Of a DNA stretch of 32,000 nt, positions 14,927 through 22,655 are shown piece after piece. How positions within the stretch are numbered: the first letter of the stretch is position 1; each line of letters opens with the position of its first letter. The stretch is taken from the NCBI GenBank assembly GCA_030688545.1, contig JAUYHT010000002.1, positions 90,001 to 122,000 of the forward strand, given 5' to 3'. The position numbers and the translations under genes are program-made. Source of the DNA: Candidatus Iainarchaeum sp. GTDB lineage: Archaea > Iainarchaeota > Iainarchaeia > Iainarchaeales > VGJJ01. The notes below the pieces were generated by a model. The model worked only from the letters and a program-made list of their open reading frames with translations, was not told the origin of the DNA and searched no databases.

Positions 14927-16077
14927 AATTTTGCCTTAGAAAGAACCCTTTCAAAAGATTTCGATTTGATTGACAAATAGTTCAGAGCATCGGAGTAAGT
15001 TATATAATCACGATCGAAATTGTTGGCAACCAGTGATACGAACTTGCCGCCCACCTCGGCTAGGCACTTTTTGTCTGATGGCATGCCAGCCATTTTCCTT
15101 CCTTTTTTATTCTTGATAAGTGACATTTTTATTTTGAATCTCCCAAAAATTTCATCAAATTGCGTTTTACTAATAAATTTTCCTTTCAGCATCGTTACTA
15201 ATAGAAGTGCTTTACTCACTTTGAAATGAGATGACAATTTGTTGAGGTATTTCGTTTCGGTCAATGAATCACGATTTTTTTCAAATAGTCCTTTCGAAAT
15301 AAGATTTGGCAGCAAAAATGAGGCGGCAAATCGATTACACCAGGATTCTATAGAATTGTGATCATTTTGGGTAACATCTGGAAGGTCTATCGCTGATTCC
15401 CCTAACAAGATATGTCCAAATTCATGCATGAGTGAAAATAATCGGGCTTCAATTGTATCTTTTGTACTAACCGTAATTACTATAGGGTTTTCATCTAATA
15501 GGACAAAACCCCGTGCGTCTTCAACAGGCATTGGAAGCTGCAGGATAAGAATGTTCAAACCTTCCAGGTTTTCGCGCAAATAGCCAAAAAACGCATATGG
15601 TGTTTTGAATTTAGTCTGCTTTTCCTCGGATAATGAAAACCTTTCACGATAGTATAGTGCTAGATTTTCTGGACTTAAGGATAAATCGATTCGCTCAATT
15701 TTCGATTTGGTCGACCTATCAATATTGGTCAAGAGAATTCGGCCGATCGTTTGAATTTTTCGTGCTTTTCTGATTGCGAAGATAGTTTTTGTGTCAAATA
15801 CCCCTGCCTTTTCAGGCAACATGCGATAATCTTTAGGCAATGGTTTTTCGATCTTCGGTGACGATAACAAAAAGGATGCCACGGGGCGCTTGTAAGCGAC
15901 CGCAAGTATTTTTATTTGCCTGAAACTGATTTCCTTTTTTCCGCCTTCAAACTCTTCAACTATTTCAATTGGCAGGCCCAGTTTTTCCGCTATCATCTCC
16001 TTTGACCAGCCCGCACTCTCGCGCAACCATTTGAAAACCGATGGTTTTACCGTCGTGGTCAGGGTTCTCATAGGCAT
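14923..16077 (-). CDS. XRE-type HTH fused to ImmA/IrrE (COG2856, DUF955) zinc metallopeptidase
   Basis: 384 aa. N-terminal HTH (FKWLRESAGWSKEMIAEKLGLPIEIVEEFEGGKKEISFRQIKILAVAYK). HEFGHILL (HExxH) followed by ESWCNRFAASFLLP, the typical ImmA/IrrE signature. Confidence 0.85.
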   Translation of the reverse strand: MPMRTLTTTVKPSVFKWLRESAGWSKEMIAEKLGLPIEIVEEFEGGKKEISFRQIKILAVAYKRPVASFLLSSPKIEKPLPKDYRMLPEKAGVFDTKTIFAIRKARKIQTIGRILLTNIDRSTKSKIERIDLSLSPENLALYYRERFSLSEEKQTKFKTPYAFFGYLRENLEGLNILILQLPMPVEDARGFVLLDENPIVITVSTKDTIEARLFSLMHEFGHILLGESAIDLPDVTQNDHNSIESWCNRFAASFLLPNLISKGLFEKNRDSLTETKYLNKLSSHFKVSKALLLVTMLKGKFISKTQFDEIFGRFKIKMSLIKNKKGRKMAGMPSDKKCLAEVGGKFVSLVANNFDRDYITYSDALNYLSIKSKSFERVLSKAKL

Positions 16078-16228
16078 GTTAAAACCTTTATATCGCAGTG
16101 ATTACTTGATTCTAGTCGATAGCAATCCAACTTTAAAAAGGAAAGTAGACGCCAAACCGCCATTAAAAAAAAGGATTACCCAGGGAGCGACCCTGGGAAC
16201 ATATTTTAGGAAAAGTAATCGATATTAT

Positions 16229-17299
16229 TCATAAGTAATCTATTCCAAACTCCCCCGAGCGCGAGCGGGCCTGCTTGTAGTCGTTCCGGTCGTGCCCGCT
16301 TCGGATGAAGGGACTCTTCACGCCTGTGAAGATGGTGATGACCTCAATTTTGTTCTCGAAGGTCGGGTCGACCCGGGCCCCCCAGATGACTACTGATTTT
16401 TGGTCCAATTGCTCGGTGAGCATAGTGCCAATGGCGTTGGCTTCACCCAATGTGAGCTCGGCGCCCCCGGTGATGTGAATTAAAGCGCCCTTCGCGTCGG
16501 CGATATCCACATCGAGGAGTGAATTCTTGAGCGTGTCTTCCACCACTTCATTCACTTTCTCCACGCCCTTGCTCTCTCCCACGGCAATCATGGATAATCC
16601 AGTGCCCACCATCACCGAGCGCACGTCGGCATAATCCAAGTTGATCAACGAGGGCTGGGTAATAGTTTCCGTGATTCCGCGCACGGTGCGTGCCACGAGT
16701 TCATCGGCCACTTTGAACGCATCCTGGATGGGCAGATTGGGAACTAATTCCACGAGGCGGTTGTTGTCAATAACCACTACCGTGTCGCAGACCTTGCGCA
16801 GGGACTCGATACCTTCTTCGGCCTTCAACACGCGTGCCTTCTCGAGGGCAAACGGGTAGGTAACCATGGCGATGACAATGGCCCCTTGCGACTTGGCAAT
16901 CTCGGCAACGATGGGGGCGCTTCCCGTACCTGTTCCCCCTCCCATACCGGCGGAGATGAAGAGCATGTCCACGCCCGCGAGCACTTCCTCGAGGGCTTGG
17001 CGGGAGACTTCCGCGGCCTTGGCGCCTATTTCAGGATAACCCCCAGCTCCCAAACCTCGGGTAACTGACTTTCCAATGAGAATTTTGGTTATTTCATCAT
17101 TGATGATGGATAAATGTTGCTTATCCGTATTCACGGCCACTAATTGAGCGCCCGCGATCCCCATATTGGCTAAGCGGTTGACCGCATTACACCCGGCACC
17201 CCCGGCGCCAATGACCATAATTTTAGGTTGACCGAAATCATCCAACCGCTCCTCTTGCTTGGGTGCGTTGGTGACGGCGTTAGAAACAATCGATTGCAT
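16229..17299 (-). CDS. ftsZ: cell division GTPase FtsZ
   Basis: GAGGAGCNAVNRL and tubulin signature GMGGGTGTGSAPIVAEIAK. I start at Met40 of the track ORF (ATG 17299, MQSIVSNAV...), which is preceded by AAGGGGGAT (SD-like). Confidence 0.9.
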   Translation of the reverse strand: MQSIVSNAVTNAPKQEERLDDFGQPKIMVIGAGGAGCNAVNRLANMGIAGAQLVAVNTDKQHLSIINDEITKILIGKSVTRGLGAGGYPEIGAKAAEVSRQALEEVLAGVDMLFISAGMGGGTGTGSAPIVAEIAKSQGAIVIAMVTYPFALEKARVLKAEEGIESLRKVCDTVVVIDNNRLVELVPNLPIQDAFKVADELVARTVRGITETITQPSLINLDYADVRSVMVGTGLSMIAVGESKGVEKVNEVVEDTLKNSLLDVDIADAKGALIHITGGAELTLGEANAIGTMLTEQLDQKSVVIWGARVDPTFENKIEVITIFTGVKSPFIRSGHDRNDYKQARSRSGEFGIDYL

Positions 17300-17537
17300 T
17301 GAAATCCCCCTTTTTTGCTCCTCCGAATGGAGTGCATCCCCTAAACAACTGGACTTAAAATACCTTTTCCTGATCGAACGGAGTATGATTAACGCTTTCC
17401 TGGAAACATAACCCATTCTTTCGGGAATGGACGTTGAATTTATGACGATTTTATTTTTTTGGGGTAAAAAGGGTTAATGCTGGTCCGATTCAGTATGTAG
17501 GGAAAAAAAAACGTTATTTGGTGGAGTAGGTGGAGTT

Positions 17538-17550
17538 GATTTTAAGGATA
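17538..17550 (+). promoter_or_regulatory. TATA-like box for the SRP RNA
   Basis: GATTTTAAGGATA is centred about 25 nt upstream of the predicted SRP RNA 5' end. Confidence 0.5.
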
Positions 17551-17567
17551 TTGGGCCGTATTTTGCT

Positions 17568-17833
17568 CGGGCTAGGTGGAGGGGTAGCCGTCCTCCCGTG
17601 CGCGAAACCGGCTATAGCGCGGCCGAATCCCGGTCATGAAGGACTGCAACCGTAGACGCCGCCAAGACGGATCGACGACCTTCTGTCCGGGAAGACTGCC
17701 CTAATTGTTGAACCCCGCCAGGCCCGGAAGGGAGCAACGGCAGGCCATTAGGATGGTGCTTCTCGGGTCGCGGAAGCGAGAGACGGATTGGCATCCGCGC
17801 CTGCGCGACCGGTATCGGTGATCGGGGCCCGCT
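17568..17833 (+). ncRNA. ffs: signal recognition particle RNA (archaeal 7S/SRP RNA)
   Basis: 5' CGGGCUAGGUGGAGGGG... and the highly conserved helix-8 motif CCGCCAGGCCCGGAAGGGAGCAACGG (about 17716-17741). The 5' CGGGC can pair with GCCCG at 17828-17832. TATA-like GATTTTAAGGATA (17538-17550) lies about 25 nt upstream, and a T-rich tract follows at 17835-17848. Ends are approximate (+/- 5 nt). Confidence 0.8.
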
Positions 17834-17893
17834 ATTTCCATTTTCTTTGGAGAAGATCGAATCGAATAAAACCTCTTGAGGAATGAAAAAACC

Positions 17894-18121
17894 ATGGACG
17901 AAACACACATGAAATTCGACCAAGCCAAACGCATCATCCAGGAATGGGTGGATCAGCAAGGGCATGAGCGATGCTGGTATTACCCTGAATTGTTCAACCA
18001 ACTCATGGAGGTGTTCGACATACGCTCAACTAAGGAAAAGAAACTCCCGCCATTGGAAGAATTCAAGGAGGGGTGTCGCCGCTACCAGAAAGAGGAATAT
18101 CATTTGGATGACGATGACTAA
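17894..18121 (+). CDS. hypothetical small acidic-tailed protein (75 aa)
   Basis: MDETHMKFDQAKRIIQEWVDQQGHERCWYYPELFNQLMEVF...EEYHLDDDD. No family recognised. A/T box CGAATAAAAC (17863-17872) lies about 26 nt upstream of ATG 17894. The track start at 17876 would sit on that box. Confidence 0.4.
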   Translation: MDETHMKFDQAKRIIQEWVDQQGHERCWYYPELFNQLMEVFDIRSTKEKKLPPLEEFKEGCRRYQKEEYHLDDDD

Positions 18122-18232
18122 TTCCCATTCTGCCTTTCTCATACATTCCCGCTCTTCCCGCCAAACAAAATACCCATTTAAAACCCTTATCCGGCGTGGT
18201 TCGTCTGTTTCCGGAAGGAAAACAGGTCAGAT

Positions 18233-18304
18233 GCCCCGTTAGCTCAGTGGTAGAGCGCCCGGCTGTTAACCGGTAGGTCGGTGGTTCAAGTCCACCACGG
18301 GGCG
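18233..18304 (+). tRNA. tRNA-Asn (anticodon GTT)
   Basis: Hand-folded cloverleaf. Acceptor GCCCCGT/ACGGGGC, D arm GCTC-AGTGGTA-GAGC, anticodon arm CCCGG-CTGTTAA-CCGGT (C27-U43 mismatch), variable AGGTC, T arm GGTGG-TTCAAGT-CCACC, discriminator G. No encoded CCA. T-run follows. Confidence 0.95.
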
Positions 18305-18422
18305 TGTTTTATTGAGTGTATGAATCGCATTTTTTCAGTGGTAGAAAAATGATTGTAATTGGACGCATATTAGATAGAATTAAAATGGCCCCTTTTTTTA
18401 ATCGAATAGAAGGGATCCAGTA

Positions 18423-19109
18423 ATGGGACGTCGAAAGCGATACCGATCAAAATCCTTTGATTTTCTTTCTCGCAAATATGATATTATTCTTATTTTAATA
18501 TTCATGGCAATCGCATCAATTTATTTGTTCGCAGCAGGAATGTATTTACCGGCTTTAATTATTGGGGCCATTCCCGTAATGTATTTGCATATAAAAACTA
18601 ATTATTTAAATTTATTATTTGCATTTTTATCTGAAATGATAGATGAATTAAAAATTACTTTTGGGATTGATAAAAACCATGATGAAAAAACTATTGAGAT
18701 AGTAAGGTATTTGAAATCTTTTCGTACCAATAGGATAATTCATAATGAATTCGAAATACAATTGGCACTGGAAGTTTATTTGAAAAACAAATATCAAATT
18801 TTTTCAGAATTTAGGACAAAACGCGGGGAATCAATAGATTTTATTATAAATAAAAAATATGCAATTGAAGTTAAAATAGCTAAATCAAACAACACGTTAA
18901 GAAATTTAATTTCTCAAATAGAAGAGTACATGATGGAATATCCAAGATTGATTGTTTTCATTTATGATTATGGTGCCCCAGTGGATTTGAATTATTATGC
19001 CTCTAGGATAAAAGAAAAAGGGGCCAATGTCATTATTTGCAAGGGTAGATTTACCTCAAACGATTTAGATAGGAGAGAGGATAAATATGGAGTATTATAT
19101 TCTCGATAG
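18423..19109 (+). CDS. membrane-anchored protein with C-terminal PD-(D/E)xK nuclease-like core
   Basis: 228 aa. Basic N-terminus MGRRKRYRSK, then about 2-3 TM helices (ILILIFMAIASIYLFAAGMYLPALIIGAIPVMYL). The C-terminal domain has EFEIQLALEVYL...GESIDFIINKKYAIEVKIAK (D-x10-E-x-K) and a downstream Q (LISQIEEY). T/A box (18393-18402) lies about 26 nt upstream of the ATG. Confidence 0.55.
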   Translation: MGRRKRYRSKSFDFLSRKYDIILILIFMAIASIYLFAAGMYLPALIIGAIPVMYLHIKTNYLNLLFAFLSEMIDELKITFGIDKNHDEKTIEIVRYLKSFRTNRIIHNEFEIQLALEVYLKNKYQIFSEFRTKRGESIDFIINKKYAIEVKIAKSNNTLRNLISQIEEYMMEYPRLIVFIYDYGAPVDLNYYASRIKEKGANVIICKGRFTSNDLDRREDKYGVLYSR

Positions 19110-19168
19110 CAAAATGAAGACGGATCAGGGATATTATATTGTTAATTCTTATTTGAGAGGTAATGATT

Positions 19169-19843
19169 TCATATTTTCTTCCCATTTGCCCCATCCATAT
19201 ATTTTTTGCTCACGAAGAAGCCCACAGCCATGAGGATGAGGAATAGGGCCAGGCCGACGTAGGAGTAGAAGCCGGTTTCAGTGATGCCCGCGCCGATGAG
19301 GACGAAAGAGAGGGTGGCGGGCATCATCCCGAAGAAGGTGGCGGTGACGAAGGGAAAATATCTCAGTTTGGTCAATCCCGCGGCATAGGAAACCAGATCA
19401 AAAGAAACAGTAGGGATGAGGCGCAGGACAAACACGAACCACGCAGCGTTCTTTTCGAAAAATTGGTAGAAGGAATGCGTCTGCGGGAGAAAGCGGCGGA
19501 CCACGTCCCGACCGAAGGTGCGTGCAACAATGAACGCGGTGCTCGCCGCGAGCACCCCTCCCACTAATGCCAGGGCGAACCCCGCCACGGGACCATAGAT
19601 GGCACCGATGGTAATGATAATGAGGGACTGGGGGATGGGGGTTATCACGGTGGCGACGACCAACATTATGATGAGGATGAGTGGGGTGAACACCCCGAAG
19701 CTAGTCGCTTCCATCCGGATGAATTCTACGATGGGATTGAAGAACCCCGGGAAGAGGGTGGGGGATATGGTGATTCCCATCACGAAAAGGACGAAGAGGG
19801 TAAAGAGGATATTTTCCTTGGTCAGCTTCACCATAAGAGCCAT
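19169..19843 (-). CDS. TVP38/TMEM64 (DedA-related) family membrane protein
   Basis: 224 aa. TPIPQSLIIITIGAIYGPVAGFALALVGGVLAASTAFIVARTFGRDVVRRF is the characteristic TVP38/YdjX-type core. Multiple TM helices. Confidence 0.75.
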   Translation of the reverse strand: MALMVKLTKENILFTLFVLFVMGITISPTLFPGFFNPIVEFIRMEATSFGVFTPLILIIMLVVATVITPIPQSLIIITIGAIYGPVAGFALALVGGVLAASTAFIVARTFGRDVVRRFLPQTHSFYQFFEKNAAWFVFVLRLIPTVSFDLVSYAAGLTKLRYFPFVTATFFGMMPATLSFVLIGAGITETGFYSYVGLALFLILMAVGFFVSKKYMDGANGKKI

Positions 19844-20170
19844 CCCTCGTCAAATAGGAGAGCCGGGACGCATTAATAAAGCCTTGCGGGAAGGAAAAAG
19901 CGAATCCAAAAGAGAAAAAGCAGATAAATTTGGGGCGCAGTTCCTAGCTTCCGCGCACCCAAGAGTTTTCAGGCCGGCCCGGTGGTACGACGCAGGCCGG
20001 TAATTGTTGTGAGCCAATCACTGATCCCTATGAGTCCTCCTCTCAGGAACACACTCTTGGTGCCCATGAGCCTATCCCATGTATTCAACTATCCATCCGG
20101 GAACCTATTTATAGTTTTGGCCAGAAAAAGAGGAAAATTTGCCAAAAAAGACAAGGTTATAAGGAATTCG

Positions 20171-20185
20171 TTGGAAAATTTCCAA
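20171..20185. promoter_or_regulatory. 15-bp palindrome TTGGAAA-A-TTTCCAA, candidate Lrp-type operator
   Basis: Perfect 7-bp inverted arms around one central base. It lies between the TATA-like GGTTATAAGG (20155-20164) and the Lrp ATG (20187). It resembles the published Ss-LrpB box consensus TTGYAW-N3-WTRCAA in length and shape. Confidence 0.45.
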
Positions 20186-20186
20186 T

Positions 20187-20651
20187 ATGGCATTGGATAA
20201 TCATGACAAGGACATCCTGAACGCGGTTAGGTGGAAGGCCAAAGCCCCCCTTCAGCAGATCGCCAAGAAACTCCACCTCCCCCTCTCCACGGTGCACCAT
20301 CGCATCAAGCGGTTTGAAGACCAAGCCATTATTACCCGTTATGAGGCGCGGGTGGACTATTCCAAACTGGACCGCCCCATCCAGGCCTTTGTCCTTATTG
20401 AAGCCCAAAACACCCTTCCCAGCGGGGAAAAGGTGCTTCAGCAGGATATATTGAAACACGTCAAGGAATTCGCGGCCGTGGAAGAAGCCTTCGTTATTAC
20501 TGGGGGAGCCGACCTCATGCTGCGGGTGCGCGTGAAGGACCTGGAAGAACTGAACGATCTCATCACTGTCAAACTCCGCAAGCTGGATGGGGTGGGGAGC
20601 ACGCAAACGATGATGGTGCTCAAGGAAAGCGGCCACCACCCCGGACTCTAA
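20187..20651 (+). CDS. Lrp/AsnC-family transcriptional regulator
   Basis: 154 aa. N-terminal HTH (LDNHDKDILNAVRWKAKAPLQQIAKKLHLPLSTVHHRIKRFEDQAIITRYEARVD) plus a C-terminal RAM/ACT-like domain (AFVLIEA...VEEAFVITGGADLMLRVRVKDLEELNDLI). Confidence 0.9.
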   Translation: MALDNHDKDILNAVRWKAKAPLQQIAKKLHLPLSTVHHRIKRFEDQAIITRYEARVDYSKLDRPIQAFVLIEAQNTLPSGEKVLQQDILKHVKEFAAVEEAFVITGGADLMLRVRVKDLEELNDLITVKLRKLDGVGSTQTMMVLKESGHHPGL

Positions 20652-20654
20652 CAC

Positions 20655-20664
20655 GGTTATAAAC
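20655..20664 (+). promoter_or_regulatory. TATA-like box GGTTATAAAC for the NlpC/P60-like gene
   Basis: About 25 nt upstream of ATG 20685. It shares the GGTTATAA core with the box upstream of the Lrp gene (20155-20164). Confidence 0.45.
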
Positions 20665-20684
20665 TTCCAAAATGCCGGAATAGC

Positions 20685-21314
20685 ATGGCTATGGGGCGCA
20701 AAGTAATGAGAACGGATCCAAAAATTTTTCACTGGAAAAAATCATCCAAGAAAAGATGGACCCTACGTGCCGGATTACTTGCGGCCAATGTTGCTGCGGC
20801 GGTCGGGTTATATAAAATGGTGGAAACGCCACGCCCGACAGCCGTTAAACCGAATGTAGTGGCAGAGAAGATGATCGAATCACCCCGCCAAGTGATTCAA
20901 CGTATTCCATCGTCACCATTGCATTTTTCAGAAATACCGCATGGAAACTGGTGCGCCATGTACGCCCGGTTGGCCGCGGAGCATCTATTCGGATTACGAT
21001 ACGTCCGTGGAGACGCTTGGAAAATAGCGGAGTTAAATCGAACGGTCTGGAAATCATCCCGGGATGGGGATCAAGGGTTCCGATCCCACCTGCGTCCCGG
21101 TCAGGTTCTTGGAATTTTTAATCCAGTCTCGAAGTATAATAAGGAAGGTATCCCCTACACACACGTAGCACTATACGTGGGAACAAAAAACGGAGCGCAT
21201 TATATCATGCATCGAGTCGGGTCCAAAGACATCTTGGAAACACTGGAGTCTTTCTATAACAATCGACGCGGATGGGTCATCCGTGAAGTTATCGAACCTA
21301 AAGAGGGGTCATGA
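20685..21314 (+). CDS. membrane-anchored putative papain-fold (NlpC/P60- or CHAP-like) hydrolase
   Basis: 209 aa. Basic N-terminus plus one TM helix (LRAGLLAANVAAAVGLY). Candidate catalytic Cys in GNWCAMYARLAAE and His in PYTHVALYVGTKNG, then IMHRVGS, in the NlpC/P60 order. Own GGTTATAAAC box (20655-20664) about 25 nt upstream. Confidence 0.5.
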   Translation: MAMGRKVMRTDPKIFHWKKSSKKRWTLRAGLLAANVAAAVGLYKMVETPRPTAVKPNVVAEKMIESPRQVIQRIPSSPLHFSEIPHGNWCAMYARLAAEHLFGLRYVRGDAWKIAELNRTVWKSSRDGDQGFRSHLRPGQVLGIFNPVSKYNKEGIPYTHVALYVGTKNGAHYIMHRVGSKDILETLESFYNNRRGWVIREVIEPKEGS

Positions 21315-21317
21315 AGA

Positions 21318-22199
21318 ATGAGCATCCGGAAGTATGTGGGTAGTAAGGTCCGTCATGCCCGGGTGGTGGGGGGGTTTATCCGGAATTCCCTGGTGTTCAA
21401 GCTCAAGCGGCAGGCATTGAGACCCCGGTACTGGTTCCGGAAGGTGAACCTCATTGTCGTGGATATGGATGGGACATTGTTCGAGGACGACGCCGGACGA
21501 TGGGGATTGAAAGTGGCGTACCCGGACAGAATAGACCATTCGTCGATGGGGGATATATTGCACGATGCCATCCTGCAAAACCTATCCAAGGGCGAATTGA
21601 GTGTGGAAGAGGCCATCATCGATGGGAATAGGTTGCTACAATACCGCGGATTCACAAGAGATGATTTTCAAATCGTATTGAAGAAGATGTGGCCATCCCT
21701 GAGGAAAGAATTGGTGTATGCCCTCAAGGAATTGCAGAATGAAGGAAAACACATCGTGCTCGCCACCCTCTCCTCCAAGGAATTCGCGGACATGGTGAAT
21801 GATGAATTGATTGGACGCTATGGGTTCGGCTTCGATGGTATTATCGGAACACAAGTATCGTTCGATGCCAAAGGGAAGATGGATGGGGTGAAGGATATAC
21901 TGGGATTGCGCAATGGCACCACGCGAGGCGTGAAGGTGCGGACCAAGCTCTCCGCCACTCGGGAGTTGGCCCGGACCAAACGATGGAAATTCGCCCTCAA
22001 TCACACGGTGCTCATCACCGATTCCTATGGGGATATTGATATGGCCAAGCACGTGAAGACCATTCTCCTTGTTCCACGGAAACCCACCCGCATCCAAGCG
22101 GTGAGCGCCGATTTTCGGCTAGCGGACAGGATCATCCCTACTGATCGGTATATGAAAGAGGAAATACTGTTTTCGTTTGGAATAGGAAAAAGGAAATAG
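21318..22199 (+). CDS. HAD-superfamily hydrolase (subfamily IB-like phosphatase)
   Basis: Motif I IVVDMDGTLFEDD (DxDGT). Motif IV-like ITDSYGDIDMAKH. ~45-aa basic N-terminal extension. Starts 4 nt after the preceding stop. Confidence 0.7.
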   Translation: MSIRKYVGSKVRHARVVGGFIRNSLVFKLKRQALRPRYWFRKVNLIVVDMDGTLFEDDAGRWGLKVAYPDRIDHSSMGDILHDAILQNLSKGELSVEEAIIDGNRLLQYRGFTRDDFQIVLKKMWPSLRKELVYALKELQNEGKHIVLATLSSKEFADMVNDELIGRYGFGFDGIIGTQVSFDAKGKMDGVKDILGLRNGTTRGVKVRTKLSATRELARTKRWKFALNHTVLITDSYGDIDMAKHVKTILLVPRKPTRIQAVSADFRLADRIIPTDRYMKEEILFSFGIGKRK

Positions 22200-22275
22200 A
22201 GGGCATTTCATCCAAATAGGTATCTCATGGATTTTATTTCATCGATTTATTTCATGAATATTTTTAATAGGGAAA

Positions 22276-22620
22276 TTATTTCATAGGAAAATAGCCAAAG
22301 CGGGAAAGATCGATGTGACCGCGCGCATCCACTTGGATATTTTCACGGCGCAATAATTGTTTCTTCTTCCGCACACCCAAATCATACCCACCCAACCCCC
22401 CATCCGCGGCCACGACCCGGTGGCAGGGGACATGGGGAGCGAAGGGATTGCGATTACACGCATTCCCCACCGCCCGAGGGGCAAGGGGGTTTCCCGCCAT
22501 CCGGGCGAGCGTCTGGTAAGTGACCACTTTGCCTTTGGGGATGCGCAAGAGGGCTATCCACACCCGCTTATGGAAAGGCGGCGCGGGATAGGATTGGATG
22601 CGTTGGAGCCAGGAGACCAT
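22276..22620 (-). CDS. ogt: methylated-DNA--protein-cysteine methyltransferase, single-domain (MGMT/Ogt DNA-binding domain)
   Basis: 114 aa. VTYQTLARMAGNPLAPRAVGNACNRNPFAPHVPCHRVVAADGGLGGY contains the PCHRV active-site motif. Confidence 0.85.
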   Translation of the reverse strand: MVSWLQRIQSYPAPPFHKRVWIALLRIPKGKVVTYQTLARMAGNPLAPRAVGNACNRNPFAPHVPCHRVVAADGGLGGYDLGVRKKKQLLRRENIQVDARGHIDLSRFGYFPMK

Positions 22621-22643
22621 TACCTAGAAAGGAAAGTCCCCCC

Positions 22644-22655
22644 TATATTTTTATT
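22644..22655. promoter_or_regulatory. A/T box TATATTTTTATT placed symmetrically between divergent ogt and the small membrane ORF
   Basis: The centre is about 29 nt from the ogt ATG (22620) and about 27 nt from ATG 22677. It is the only A/T-rich element in the 56-nt spacer. Confidence 0.5.

Noticed and set aside
17612-18001. Minus-strand ORFs 17612..18001 and 17701..17937
   Set aside because: They lie on top of the SRP RNA gene (conserved GGCCCGGAAGGGAGCAACGG motif on the + strand). They are Arg/Pro-rich translations with no recognisable domains.
18305-19168. Calling the tRNA-Asn-flanking islet an integrated mobile element
   Set aside because: By eye I found no direct repeat of the tRNA 3' end (…GTCCACCACGGGGCG) downstream, and no integrase or recombinase gene. 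I therefore report only anomalous composition and gene content, not a mobile_element feature.
20157-20732. 191-aa minus-strand ORF
   Set aside because: It is antisense to the canonical Lrp/AsnC gene and spans two promoter regions. No motifs.
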